From the NCBI RefSeq assembly GCF_018350175.1, contig NC_058368.1, forward strand, positions 212,724,001 to 212,788,000: 64,000 nucleotides of DNA, given 5' to 3'. The translations under genes and the position numbers were made by a program. Below the pieces are notes generated by a model. That model had not been told where the DNA came from. It saw only the letters and a program-made list of their open reading frames with translations, and ran no database searches. Below, piece after piece: positions 51,857 through 64,000 of this stretch; positions within the stretch are counted from its first letter, which is position 1, and every line of letters begins with the position of its first letter. The DNA comes from Felis catus (Eukaryota).

Positions 51857-54800
51857 ATGACTCTCAACCCGTATCTTTCTATAATAACACTGAATGTAAA
51901 TGGATTAAATGCGCCAACCAAAAGACATAGGGTATCAGAATGGATAAAAAAACAAGACCCATCTATTTGCTGTCTACAAGAGACTCATTTTAGACCTGAG
52001 GACACCTTTAGATTGAGAGTGAGGGGATGGAGAACTATTTATCATGCTACTGGAAGCCAAAAGAAAGCTGGAGTAGCCATACTTATATCAGACAAACTAG
52101 ACTTTAAATTAAAGGCTGTAACAAGAGATGAAGAAGGACATCATATAATAGTTACAGGGTCTATCCATCAGGAAGAGCTAACAATTATAAATGTCTATGC
52201 GCCGAATACGGGAGCCCCCAAATATATAAAACAATTACTCACAAACATAAGCAACCTTATTGATAAGAATGTGGTAATTGCAGGGGACTTTAACACTCCA
52301 CTTACAGAAATGGATAGATCATCTAGACACATGGTCAATAAAGAAACAAGGGCCCTGAATGACACATTGGATCAGTTGGACTTGACAGATCTATTTAGAA
52401 CTCTGCATCCCAAAGCAACAGAATATACTTTCTTCTCGAGTGCACATGGAACATTCTCCAAGATAGATCATATACTGGGTCACAAAACAGCCCTTCATAA
52501 GTTTACAAGAATTGAAATTATACCATGCATACTTTCAGACCACAATGCTATGAAGCTTGGAATCAACCAGAGAAAAAAGTCTGGAAAACCTCCAAAAGCA
52601 TGGAGGCTAAAGAACACCCTACTAAAGAATGAGTGGGCCAACCAGGCAATTAGAGGAGAAATTAAAAAATATATGGAAACAAACGAAAATGAAAATACAA
52701 CAATCCAAACGCTTTGGGACACAGTGAAGGCAGTCCTGAGAGGAAAATACATTGCAATCCAGGCCTATCTCAAGAAACAAGAAAAATCCCAAATACAAAA
52801 TCTAACAGCACACCTAAAGGAACTAGAAGCAGTACAGCAAAGACAGCCTAAATCCAGCAGAAGAAGAGAAATAATAAAGATCAGAGCAGAAATAAACAAT
52901 ATAGAATCTAAAAAAACTGTAGAGCAGATCAACGAAACCAAGTGTTGGTTTTTTGAAAAAATAAACAAAATTGACAAACCTCTAGCCAGGCTTCTCAAAA
53001 AGAAAAGGGAGATGACCCAAATAGCTAAAATCATGAATGAAAATGGAATTATTACAACCCATCCCTCAGAGATACAAACAATTATCAGGGAATACTATGA
53101 AAAATTATATGCCAACAAATTGGACAACCTGGAAGAAATGGACAAATTCCTGAACACCCACACTCTGCCAAAACTCAATCAGGAGGAAATAGAAAGCTTG
53201 AACAGACCCATAACCAGCGAAGAAATTGAATCGGTTATCAAAAATCTCCCAACAAATAAGAGTCCAGGACCAGATGGCTTCCCAGGGGAGTTCTACCAGA
53301 CGTTTAAAGCAGAGATAATACCTATCCTTCTCAAGCTATTCCAAGAAATAGAAAGGGAAGGAAAACTTCCAGACTCATTCTATGAAGCCAGTATTACTTT
53401 GATTCCTAAACCAGACAGAGACCCAGTAAAAAAAGAGAACTACAGGCCAATATCCCTGATGAATATGGATGCAAAAATTCTCAATAAGATACTAGCAAAT
53501 CGAATTCAACGGCATATAAAAAGAATTATCCACCATGATCAAGTGGGATTCATTCCTGGGATGCAGGGCTGGTTGAACATTCGCAAATCAATCAATGTGA
53601 TACATCACATTAACACAAAAAAAGAGAAGAACCATATGATCCTGTCAATCAATGCAGAAAAGGGCTTTGACAAAATCCAGCACCCTTTCTTAATAAAAAC
53701 CCTTGAGAAAGTCGGGATAGAAGGAACATACTTAAAGATCATAAAAGCCATTTATGAAAAGCCCACAGCTAACATCATCCTCAACGGGGAGAAACTGAGA
53801 GCTTTTTCCCTGAGATCAGGAATGCGACAGGGATGCCCACTCTCACCGCTGCTGTTTAACATAGTGCTGGAAGTTCTAGCATCAGCAATCAGACAACAAA
53901 AGGAAATCAAAGGCATCAAAATTGGCAAAGATGAAGTCAAGCTTTCGCTTTTTGCAGATGACATGATATTATACATGGAAAATCTGATAGACTCCACCAA
54001 AAGTCTGCTAGAACTGATACAGGAATTCAGCAAAGTTGCAGGATACAAAATCAATGTACAGAAATCAGTTGCATTCTTATACACTAACAATGAAGCAACA
54101 GAAAGACAAATAAAGAAACTGATCCCATTCACAATTGCACCAAGAAGCATAAAATACCTAGGAATAAATCTAACCAAAGATGTAAAGGATCTGTATGCTG
54201 AAAACTATACAAAGCTTATGAAGGTAATTGAAGAAGATTTAAAGAAATGGAAAGACATTCCCTGCTCATGGATTGGAAGAATAAATATTGTCAAAATGTC
54301 AATACTACCAAAAGCTATCTACACATTCAATGCAATCCCAATCAAAATTGCACCAGCATTCTTCTCGAAACTAGAACAAGCAATCCTAAAATTCATATGG
54401 AACCACAAAAGGCCCCGAATAGCCAAAGGAATTTTGAAGAAGAAGACCAAAGCAGGAGGCATCACAGTCCCAGACTTTAGCCTCTACTACAAAGCTGTCA
54501 TCATCAAGACAGCATGGTATTGGCACAAAAACAGACACATAGACCAATGGAATAGAATAGAAACCCCAGAACTAGACCCACAAACGTATGGCCAACTCAT
54601 CTTTGACAAAGCAGGAAAGAACATCCAATGGAAAAAAGACAGTCTCTTTAACAAATGGTGCTGGGAGAACTGGACAGCAACATGCAGAAGGTTGAAACTA
54701 GACCACTTTCTCACACCATTCACAAAAATAAACTCAAAATGGATAAAGGACCTGAATGTGAGACAGGAAACCATCAAAACCTTAGAGGAGAAAGCAGGAA

Positions 54801-55680
54801 AAGACCTCTCTGACCTCAGCCGTAGCAATCTCTTACTCGACACATCCCCAAAGGCAAGGGAATTAAAAGCAAAATGAATTACTGGGACCTTATGAAGATA
54901 AAAAGCTTCTGCACAGCAAAGGAAACAACCAACAAAACTAAAAGGCAACCAACGGAATGGGAAAAGATATTTGCAAATGACCTATCGGACAAAGGGCTAG
55001 TATCCAAAATCTATAAAGAGCTCACCAAACTCCACACCCGAAAAACAAATAACCCAGTGAAGAAATGGGCAGAAAACATGAATAGACACTTCTCTAAAGA
55101 AGACATCCGGATGGCCAACAGGCACATGAAAAGATGTTCAGCGTCGCTCCTTATCAGGGAAATACAAATCAAAACCACACTCAGGTATCACCTCACGCCA
55201 GTCACAGTGGCCAAAATGAACAAATCAGGAGACTATAGATGCTGGAGAGGATGTGGAGAAACGGGAACCCTCTTGCACTGTTGGTGGGAATGCAAATTGG
55301 TGCAGCCGCTCTGGAAAGCAGTGTGGAGGCTCCTCAGAAAATTAAAAATAGACCTACCCTATGACCCAGCAATAGCATTCCTAGGAATTTATCCAAGGGA
55401 TACAGGAGTACTGATGCATAGGGGCACTTGTACCTCAATGTTCATAGCAGCACTCTCAACAATAGCCAAATTATGGAAAGAGCCGAAATGTCCATCAACT
55501 GATGAATGGATAAAGAAATTGTGGCTTATATACACAATGGAGTACTACGTGGCAATGAGAAAAAATGAAAGATGGCCTTTTGTAGCAACGTGGATGGAAC
55601 TGGAGAGTGTGATGCTAAGTGAAATAAGCCATACAGAGAAAGACAGATACCATATGGTTTCACTCTTATGTGGACCCTGA
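51857..55680 (+). pseudogene. L1 ORF2p (APE endonuclease, RT, Cys-rich domain), with a -1 frameshift at 54871-54874 and an RT motif-A D-to-N change
   Basis: [37 protein letters not shown] and CWRGC...HCWWEC motifs present; SINAEKGFD replaces SIDAEKAFD. Confidence 0.97.
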
Positions 55681-55953
55681 GAAATTAACAGGAACCCATG
55701 GGGGAGGGGAAGGAAAAAAAAAAAGAGGTTAGAGTGGGAGATAGCCAAAGCATAAGAGACTGTTAAAAAACTGAGAACAAATTGAGGGTTGATGGGGGGT
55801 GGGAGGGAGGGGAGTGTGGGTGATGGGTATTGAGGAGGGCACCTTTTGGGATGAGCACTGGGTGTTGTATGGAAACCAATTTGACAATAAATTTCATATA
55901 AAAAAAATAAAAAAACAAAACAAAAACAAAACAAAAAACAAAACAAAAAAAAA

Positions 55954-56114
55954 TTAACGATGAGACTATAAATTACAAAAACTGTTCTTCATAAAAAAAT
56001 ATTTTCCATTCAGTTTTATTGAGATGTAACTGGCCTACAGTACTGAATAAATTTAAGGTGTACAATAAATTTAAATAAATAAAAAATAAATAAATAAATA
56101 AATAAACTGAAAAA
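55954..56114 (+). other. 3' transduced sequence and second A-rich tail of the full-length L1
   Basis: Sequence not belonging to this element lies between the first poly-A and the second TSD copy; AATAAA at 56046 and 56064; (TAAA)n tail. Confidence 0.85.
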
Positions 56115-56614
56115 AAAAACTGAGAACAAACTGAGGGTTGATGGGGGGGTGGGAGGGAGGGGAGAGTAGGTGATGGGTATTGAAGAGGGCATCTTTTGGG
56201 ATGAGCCCTGGGTGTTGTATGGAAACTAATTTGACAATAATTTTCATATAATAAAAAAAAGGAAAAAGATGAAAAAAAAAGATGTGATATGTATGTATAG
56301 GCAAAATAGGTGAAGGGCATCAGGAGTGCACTTGTCTTGATGAGCACTGAGTAATGTATGGAACTGTTGGATCACTATATTATACACCTGAAAGTAATAT
56401 AACTCTATATGTTAACTATGCTGGAATTAAATTAAATTAGATTCTCTGTCCCTACAAAAGTATGAATTTCTATCCCATTAATAATACTGAATGATTAATG
56501 TCTTAACAGTGATAAAATTTTTAGAATGTGTAAAAATTATATAGGATCCCATTTTTACTTCGTAATTCTGATGTATTATCCTGCCTTCTATTTTGTCTGT
56601 AAAACTTTTATAGG

Positions 56615-56785
56615 ATAGAGTGCATCAACATGTTGGAATCACCTGAGGAGTTCAAAAAGCTACTGATGCCCAAGCTGTCCCCTAGACCAATTAAGCCTGA
56701 ACCTCTGGGAGGTAGGATGCACGCATTAGTAGGTACCAAAGCTCCCCAGGTGATTTAAAGGCCACTGAGGTTGTAAGCCACTGAC
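56615..56785. mobile_element. MER5A-like hAT-Charlie MITE
   Basis: ggaatcacctgaggag...actgatgccc...aagctccccaggtgatt...agccactg. Confidence 0.75.
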
Positions 56786-57886
56786 TTACAGCGTACTCTT
56801 ATGACCAAAGGTTTAAATGAGGATCAGCTTCCGTGTTCTTTTCTTTACCAGAATTCTGCAATAAAAAGAATAAAATTTCCAAATAAAAAAATTAAAAAGA
56901 TCAGTTAGCTATAAAAAAATAAAATAAAATGAAAATTATGGAAGGAATGTTTACAGGCCTTCAATAATTTACATTCTCTGCAACCCCAATAGAAATCTTA
57001 ATGGGTTATGGCAGGAAAGCAAGGTAACCTTAAGCTCACCGAGCCTCTTCTAACCCTAAATTGTGGTCAGGGCTTGTTGGGTTTGTGAGGTTTCAGACAA
57101 GTAAACAAAGTGCAGTTTAACTCTTTTCTGCTCCCATCCTTCCTAAAGCCTTGCTCTTTTTAGGTTCTGCTTTGGTTAAATCTCCTCTGGCAGTTTTCAC
57201 TCAAACTCTATCCCCTTTCAATGTTCTAAGAAAGTATTTACTGACTTGCCAGCCCAGAGATTTTCAAATGTTTACAAGTTGCAGTGCTCTTTACTCAGAC
57301 ATAATCTTTCATGGGCACCCAATAGGTAAAGCAGATAAAATATCTGTTGAAATACAGGGAGAGGGCCCAGAGCGCACTTGATCTATCTTCACTTCTCCCC
57401 ATCACCTCGCAGCTGCCCGTGAAGGGGACTCATGGAACTCCTAGGGTGTGCAGAACTCAATTTGAAAACTGCCATCCTACTCAAAAATATTTCCTCCCTT
57501 CCTCTGGGCTGCTATTTTATTCACTGTTTCTAATATTCATTTATTTATGTATTCATTCAATAAATTTTTATTGAGTACAAGCTGTGAATATCTGGCATTT
57601 AATTATGTATGGCCTGCTTATAACACTTATCTAATTATGTTGGAATTCTCAGTTTAAATGTCTGCTTCCCTATAGACTGTGGATTCTTCCTTGGATACTC
57701 TGATCCTACATAGAAATTAACATAATACATTCTTGATTTTCCCATAAATCCACAAGTCTCTGCTCAAATGCCACATTATTAAAGAGGTCCTGGCTGACCA
57801 TCCAACCTCAAATCATACCTATTTCACCCTCTCTCCCTCTGTAGGCCAAGCTGCTTTATATTTTTCTCAAGACACCAGATAAGTTG

Positions 57887-57948
57887 TATATATATAAATT
57901 ATATATATAATGTATATATAAAGTATACATAAAATGTCTATATATATA

Positions 57949-58005
<57 letters not shown>
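57887..58005. repeat. (TA)n microsatellite within an L2 relic
   Basis: Seen directly. Confidence 0.95.
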
Positions 58006-58011
<6 letters not shown>

Positions 58012-58555
58012 AGAATATAGGCCCTTTTTTTATTCACGGTTACATCCTTAGCATTTAGAACAGTGCTGGACACTTAAATTGGTACTCATTAAATATTTGT
58101 TGAAAGGGTGGATGAATAAATAAAGCAAGTAAATATGACTATATATTATTAGCTTTAAAAAGATATTCATGTTAAAATGTATGTGTAACTTATGTCCCTC
58201 ACTGGAATGGCACCTTTTTTTTTTTAACTTGGCTTTGTTATATAATTATTTAGCATGCTTTAAATTTAGCCAGTCTACCTTCATGCTTCCCTATGATGAC
58301 AGTGTGTCTGAAGAAGTATAATTTCAGGCCTAAAGAGAATGCTTAATGGTTCTATATTTTAATTTTTCCTATAAATGGAAGTTGATCTATATCCTGGTCT
58401 TTCTCTCTTTTTTTGCAAATATACCATTTTTTATTTTTTAATTTTATTAAGTTTTTTCTTTTTTCGTATACAGTGTTTATTAGTTTCTGGTATACAACAT
58501 AGTGATTCAACAATTCTATACATTATCAGTGCTCATCATGCTAAGTATACTCTTT

Positions 58556-58765
58556 TTTTTTATGTTTATTTTTTTTGAGAAAGAAAGAGAGACAGAGCAC
58601 GAGCTGGGGAGGGGCAGAGAGAGAGAAGGAGACACAGAATCTGAAACAGGCTCCAAGCTCTGAACTGTCAGCAGAGAGCCCAAAGCAGGGCTTGAACTCA
58701 CAAACTGTGAGATCATGACCTGAGCCAAAGTCGGACACTTAACCAACTGAGCCACCGGGGTGCCC
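58556..58765 (-). mobile_element. CanSINE nested in L1
   Basis: TSD catgctaagtatactcttt at 58537 and 58766. Confidence 0.96.
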
Positions 58766-58873
58766 CATGCTAAGTATACTCTTTAATCCCTGTCAACTAT
58801 TTCACTCATCCCCCCACCCACCTCCCCTCTGGTGACCATCCATTTGTTCTCTATAGTTAAGAATCTGTTCTAA

Positions 58874-58925
<52 letters not shown>

Positions 58926-59091
58926 TGTCTTTGCTTGTTCGTTTGGTTTCTTAAATTCCACATATGAATGAAATCGTATGGTATTTCTCCTGCTCTGACG
59001 GACTTATTTTGCTTAGCATTATACTCTCTAGCTCTATCCATGTTGTTGCAAATGACAAGATTTCATTCTTTTTTGGTGGCCGAATAATTCC

Positions 59092-59145
<54 letters not shown>

Positions 59146-59747
59146 CCACATCTTCTTTATCCATTCATCAATATATGGACACTTGGACTGCTTCCATAGT
59201 TTAGCTATAGTAAATAATGCTGCAATAAACAAAAGGGTGCATATGTCCTTTTGAATTAGTGTTGTTGTATACTTTGGGTAAATACCCAGTAGTCTGATTA
59301 CTGGATCATAGGGTAGTTCTATTTTTAATTTTTTGAGGAACCTCTATACTGTCTTCCCCAATGGCTGCACCACTTTGCATTCCTACCAACAGTGCATGAG
59401 GGTTCCTTTTTCTCAACATCCTCACCAACGCCTATTGTTTCTTGTGGTTTTGATTTTAGCTATTCTGACAGACTTGAGGTGATACCTCATTGTAGCTTTG
59501 ATTTTCATCTCCCTGATGGAGCTGGGAGCTCCCTGATTTTCATTTCCCTGATGATGAGTGATGTTGAGAATCTTTTCATGTGTGTGTTGGCCATCTGGAT
59601 GTCTTTTTTGTAGAAATTCAGTTCATGTCTTCTGCCCTTTTTTTAATTGTATTTTTTGGGGTTTGTGTGTTAAGTTGTATAAGTTTTTTATATATTTTGG
59701 ATACTAAACCTTTATTGGCTATGTCATTTGAAAATATCTTCTCCCTT

Positions 59748-59960
59748 GGGGTGCTTGGGTGGCTCAATCAGTTGAGCGTCTGACATCAGCTCAGGTCATG
59801 ATCTTGCTGTTCATGAGTTTGAGCCCCATATCGGGCTCTGTGCTAACAGATCAGAGTCTGGAGCCTGCTTCAGATTCTGTGTCTCCCTCTTTCTGTCCCT
59901 CCCCCACTCACGCTCTGTCTCTCTCTCTCAAAAGTAAATATTAAAAAAAACTTTTTTAAA
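59748..59960 (+). mobile_element. CanSINE nested in L1
   Basis: TSD gaaaatatcttctccc at 59730 and 59961. Confidence 0.96.
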
Positions 59961-61004
59961 GAAAATATCTTCTCCCATTCAGAAAGTTATCTTTTAGTTT
60001 TATTGATTGTTTCCTCTGCTGTACAGAAGCTTTTTTTTTTTTACTACCAAATAGTTTATTTTTGCTTTTGTTTCCCTTGCCTCAGGAAACATATCTAGAA
60101 AAGTGTTGCTATAGCTGATATCTGAGAAATTACTGCCTGGGCTCTCTTCTAGGATATTTATGGTTTCAGGTTTCACATTTAGAATACAGAACTTTCACCT
60201 CTTCGGTTAAGTTTATTTCTAGATATTTTGTTATTTTTGGTATAATCGTAAATAGGACTGCCTTCATAATTTCTCTTTATGTTCCTTTATTATTAGTGTA
60301 TAAAAGTGCAACATATGTCTATACATTGATTTTGTATCCTGTGACCTTATTGAATTCACTTGTCAATAATAGTAGTTTTTTGGTGGAGTCTTTTGGGTGT
60401 TTTACATATATTATCATGTCATCTGCAAATAGTGACAGTTTTACTTTTCCTTACCAATTAGGTGCCTTTGGCTATGGTTAGGACTTCCAGTATTATGCTG
60501 AAAAAAGTGGTGAGAGTGGACACCTTTGTCTTTCTTGTTCTTGATCTTAGGGGAAAGCTTTCAATTATTCACCATTGAGTATGATGGTAGTTGTAGGTTT
60601 TTTATAGATGGTCTTTATTACATTGAAGTATGTTTCCTTTAAACCTACTTTGTTGAGGGTTTTTATCATGAATGGATATTGTACTTTTTCAAATGCTTTT
60701 ACCATCTATTGAAATGATCATATAGTTTTTATGCTTGTATTAATGTGATGTATCACATTGAGTGATTTGAGAGTATTGAACCACCCTTGCATACCTGGAA
60801 TAAATACTGCTTGATCGAGGTGAATGATTTTTTCCCTCTATTGTTAGATTCAATTTGCTAATATTTTGTTGAGGATTTTTACATCTTTTATTATTGGAAA
60901 ATATAATTCTTCTAAAACATCTAGAAACCAACTTTATACCTAGTAAAAAAGAAGAAACTGGGAATCAGAATCTGGGAACTTGTTGGCATGTACAGCTAAT
61001 AAGC

Positions 61005-61930
61005 TTGTTGTTAAGAAGCTGGCCCTGTGTTCACAGCTAGGCCATGTATTCCCCTGCTGGACATAAAAAAAATCTCACATGATACCAATATCAGACAAGG
61101 TCACTCTGAGACCATGACACTGTGAGACAAAACAATGTCACTTTATAATTCAATCTAAACATAGACAAAATCAAGGCCACTGTGCCACCCACAAAATACC
61201 AAACCTCTCTCTCCCTTAGTTATTTCAAATGATTGCTGCTTCTTTGCCAGTTATAGCCTTATCTACTCTTTTTGTCTGACCTATCCATTTATTGAGAAAA
61301 CCAATTATGAAATTATCTCCACCTTCTGACAGTATCCTAAGTAGAGCAAACCTCCTGCTTTTTACATTCCCTCCTCAAATCACTCAACCAAAGCCAAAAT
61401 ACCGTATATAATAGATTCTTTCCAACACCCTATTATTCTGCTTAGGCTACCATAACAAAATACCATGCAGTGAACAGCCTAAACAACAGAAATTTATTTA
61501 TTTACGGTTCTAGAGGCTAGAAGTCTAAGAATAGGGTGTCAGCATGGTTACTTTCTGCTGAGAACTCTCTTCCTGACTTGTAGATGGCTGCCTTCTTACT
61601 GTGTCTTTACATAGTGGAGAGAGACAGCAAGCTTTCTAGTGTCTCTTCTTATAAGGGCACTAATCCCATCATGAAGGTCCCACCTACATGACTTCTATCT
61701 AACCCTAATTACCTCCTAAACACTTCATCTTCAAATACAATCATGATCACGTTGGGGGTTAGGATTTCCACACACGAATTTGGTGGGGGGATACAAACAT
61801 TCAGTCCATAACAGCCTTCTTACTGAGACATCCAGTGGCTCCATGGTGTGCATCTTTTCTTACTGTATCAAGTAATAAAGCAAACTTGTTCAATTAAAGA
61901 CCTATTCCTGGTGGTCTTTAGCTGGATGGT
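61005..61930 (+). mobile_element. ERV1 solo LTR (MER31/MER67-like), interrupted by an MLT1A-like LTR
   Basis: atcagacaaggtcactctgagaccatg motif; aataaagcaaacttgttcaa...ggtggtcttt 3' part resumes after the insert. Confidence 0.55.
61430..61813 (-). mobile_element. MaLR LTR (MLT1A-like)
   Basis: ctgcttaggctaccataacaaaatacca...acaaacattcagtccataaca. Confidence 0.88.
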
Positions 61931-62212
61931 ATTTGTATTAGAAAATACTGCTTTTTACAAAAACTACTGCCAATTTATTTCATTGAGATTAGGCAAGTAG
62001 AAAGATTTTTAGCAGAAAGTTGATATTCCTTGAAGGAAATTAAACCAAAGTATTGAGAAAATTGTTTATTTTTTCTTACCATTTCTAATTTTTTTCTATA
62101 ATGAAATGCATTATCTTTACAACCAGAAAATATATGTTGAAATATAATTTTCAATCATTTAGTAGTTAGAAGTATAGGTTTCAGTTGAGAAAATTGTTTA
62201 AATTGCACTATT

Positions 62213-63012
62213 AAGACACTTTTCTAAAGACATCCAGATGGCCAACAGACACATGAAAAGATGCTCAACGTCGCTCCTCATCAGGGAAATACAAATCAAA
62301 ACCACAGTGAGATACCACCTCATGCCAGTCAGAGTGGCTAAAATGAACAAATCAGGAGACTATAGATGCTGGAGAGGATGTGGAGAAATGGGAACCCTCT
62401 TGCACTATTGGTGGGAATGCAAACTGGTGCAGCCACTCTGGAAAACAGTGTGGAGGTTCCTCAAAAAAATTAAAAATAGATCTACTCTATGACCCAGCAA
62501 TAGCACTCCCAGGGATACGGGAGTGCTGATGCATAGGGGCACTTGTACCCCAGTGTTTATAGCAGCACTTTCAACAATAGCCAAATTATGGAAAGAACCT
62601 AAATGTCCATCAACTGAAGAATGGATAAAGAAGACGTGGTTTATATACACAATGGAATACTACTTGGCAATGAGAAAGAATGAAATCTGGCCATTTGTAG
62701 CAATGTGGATGGAACTGGAGGGTATTATGCTAAGTGAAATAAGTCAGGCAGAGAAAGACAGATATCATATGTTTTCACTCATATGTGGATCCTGAGAAAC
62801 TTAACAGAGAACCATATGGGAGGGGAAGGGGGGAAAAATTACAGACAGGGAGGGAGGCAAACCATAAGAAACTCTAAGATACTGAGAACAACTGAGGGTT
62901 GTTGGGGGGTGGGGGAGAGAGGAAAGTGGGTGATGGGCATGGAGGAGGGCACCTGTTGGGATGAGCGCTGGGTGTTGTATGGAAACCAATTTGACAATAA
63001 ATTATATTTAAC
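62213..63012 (+). mobile_element. 5'-truncated felid L1
   Basis: ORF2 C-terminus ([13 protein letters not shown]...) and 3' UTR. Confidence 0.95.
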
Positions 63013-63928
63013 ATAATTTTAAAAATCCAATTTTGAGCTGATGTAAATAAATACAAACTCCTAAAGTCAGCCTGAGTATTTTTCAGTAAAAGATTTATCA
63101 AAATATTTTAAATAAAAAGAATGACTACATCTAATTAATAAACAAATAGTAAATAAATTGTACTATTAAGACTAACACCTTGGCATTTGAAGTACCAACT
63201 TTGCAAGATATACACTACAGAGGAGATGGAATTTGGAAGGATGAAGTTCCCACTTAATTAATAAAACCAACTATTTAATGTAACCACAAATTGCATCAAT
63301 AGATGTCAAGTTCTCAGCTGGCTCACAGTAACATAATTTGATCTGCTAATATTTGTCTAGAATATTTAAGTTAATACACCCTCTATTGTCTTGCATTTAG
63401 TGACTGTAAGACCCTTTCAACATATCAACAGTTCTTCAAGTGTCTTCAGGCAATGATAATGAAATACTTAATTCTCAAGCCCATATATGCATAATTCAAA
63501 GATCTTCCTTAAAATTCATCTTTTCTATCATAAGTTTAAAACAAAGAATTAGCAGAGTGACCTCAGGCAATCTGAATAAACATAATCATACCACAAACAT
63601 TGCTTTCACCCAAAGCAGCCAGGATTTCAGAAGTATGCCCTCTCGCTCTGAGCAGATAGCGTATTCATTCTTAGGAGACATGTGTCTGTAAAAACTGACA
63701 TCACCCATAAGAGCCATTGAAGCTCTTATGCATAATGACTTTTATGCCCAGAATTTCTAACAATAAGCTAAAACCAAGATCCAACAAATGTAAATTACTT
63801 TGTTCTATATTACTGAAGAAATTGACTGACTTATATGTAGAGTAATTGTCACTTCTATGGCTCAGTTTTAGAGGAAATACAGGTTCTGGTGCATACATTT
63901 TCCCTTTTATTCAATAAGGCCTTAGATC

Positions 63929-64000
63929 AGGGACGTTGGAGTGGCTAAATTGGTTAAGCATATGAATCTTGATTTCAGCTCAGGTCATGATCTCATGGTT
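63929..64000 (+). mobile_element. CanSINE 5' part, cut off by the window edge
   Basis: gtggctaaattggttaagcatatgaatcttgatttcagctcaggtcatgatctc. Confidence 0.85.

Larger units (their letters stand above)
49980..55953 (+). mobile_element. Full-length felid LINE-1 (5' UTR, ORF1, ORF2, 3' UTR, poly-A)
   Basis: CpG-rich 5' UTR, both ORFs, G-rich 3' UTR; 14-bp TSD aaaaactgagaaca at 49966-49979 and 56115-56128 at a TT/AAAA site. Confidence 0.98.
49101..56280 (+). mobile_element. Middle L1 (young felid, 5'-truncated): 49101-49979, resumes 56115-56280
   Basis: ORF2 C-terminal 189-aa ORF; 3' UTR split at aaaaactgagaaca; TSD aagatgtgatat at 49089-49100 and 56279-56290. Confidence 0.93.
48499..56437 (+). 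mobile_element. Oldest (outer) L1 of the nested complex: inverted 48499-48780, sense 48781-49100, resumes 56291-56437
   Basis: Older-type 3' UTR resumes after the TSD aagatgtgatat. Confidence 0.85.
58428..60892 (-). mobile_element. Older carnivore L1, antisense and internally deleted, with two nested SINEs and (TC)n/(TG)n tracts
   Basis: Antisense ORF2 C-terminus ([15 protein letters not shown]) and RT pieces; T-rich tail at ~58428. Confidence 0.93.

Noticed and set aside
63706..63730. 9-bp hairpin cataagagc-cattgaa-gctcttatg
   Set aside because: Too short for a pre-miRNA, with no other ncRNA features

Overview
Repeat-dense mammalian genomic DNA, almost certainly felid: the young SINEs and L1 3' ends match cat-type CanSINE (SINEC_Fc) and L1_Fc sequences as I recall them. 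I find no intact host protein-coding gene. Most of the ORF track is L1 ORF2 debris or chance ORFs. The window holds more than a dozen L1 copies, about ten CanSINEs, MaLR/ERV LTRs, old DNA transposons, MIR/L2 relics and microsatellites. Main points of interest: (1) a ~170-nt SMPD2 coding fragment, apparently spliced, sits inside a short L1 3' UTR in the same orientation, which looks like an L1-mRNA-L1 template-switch chimera (27.4-27.6 kb). (2) A heavily decayed multi-exon minus-strand relic (~9-33 kb) has signal-peptide, LRR-like and hydrophobic remnants that only show up once inserted TEs are removed; it is a candidate unitary LRR-transmembrane pseudogene (moderate to low confidence). (3) A three-level nested L1 complex (48.5-56.4 kb) contains a full-length L1 with two A-run frameshifts, an RT motif-A Asp-to-Asn change and a 3' transduction. 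(4) Several unusual insertion signatures: a ~90-bp duplication flanking a SINE, a triple TSD and twin-priming inversions. Repeat subfamily names are from recall, not from a database search.
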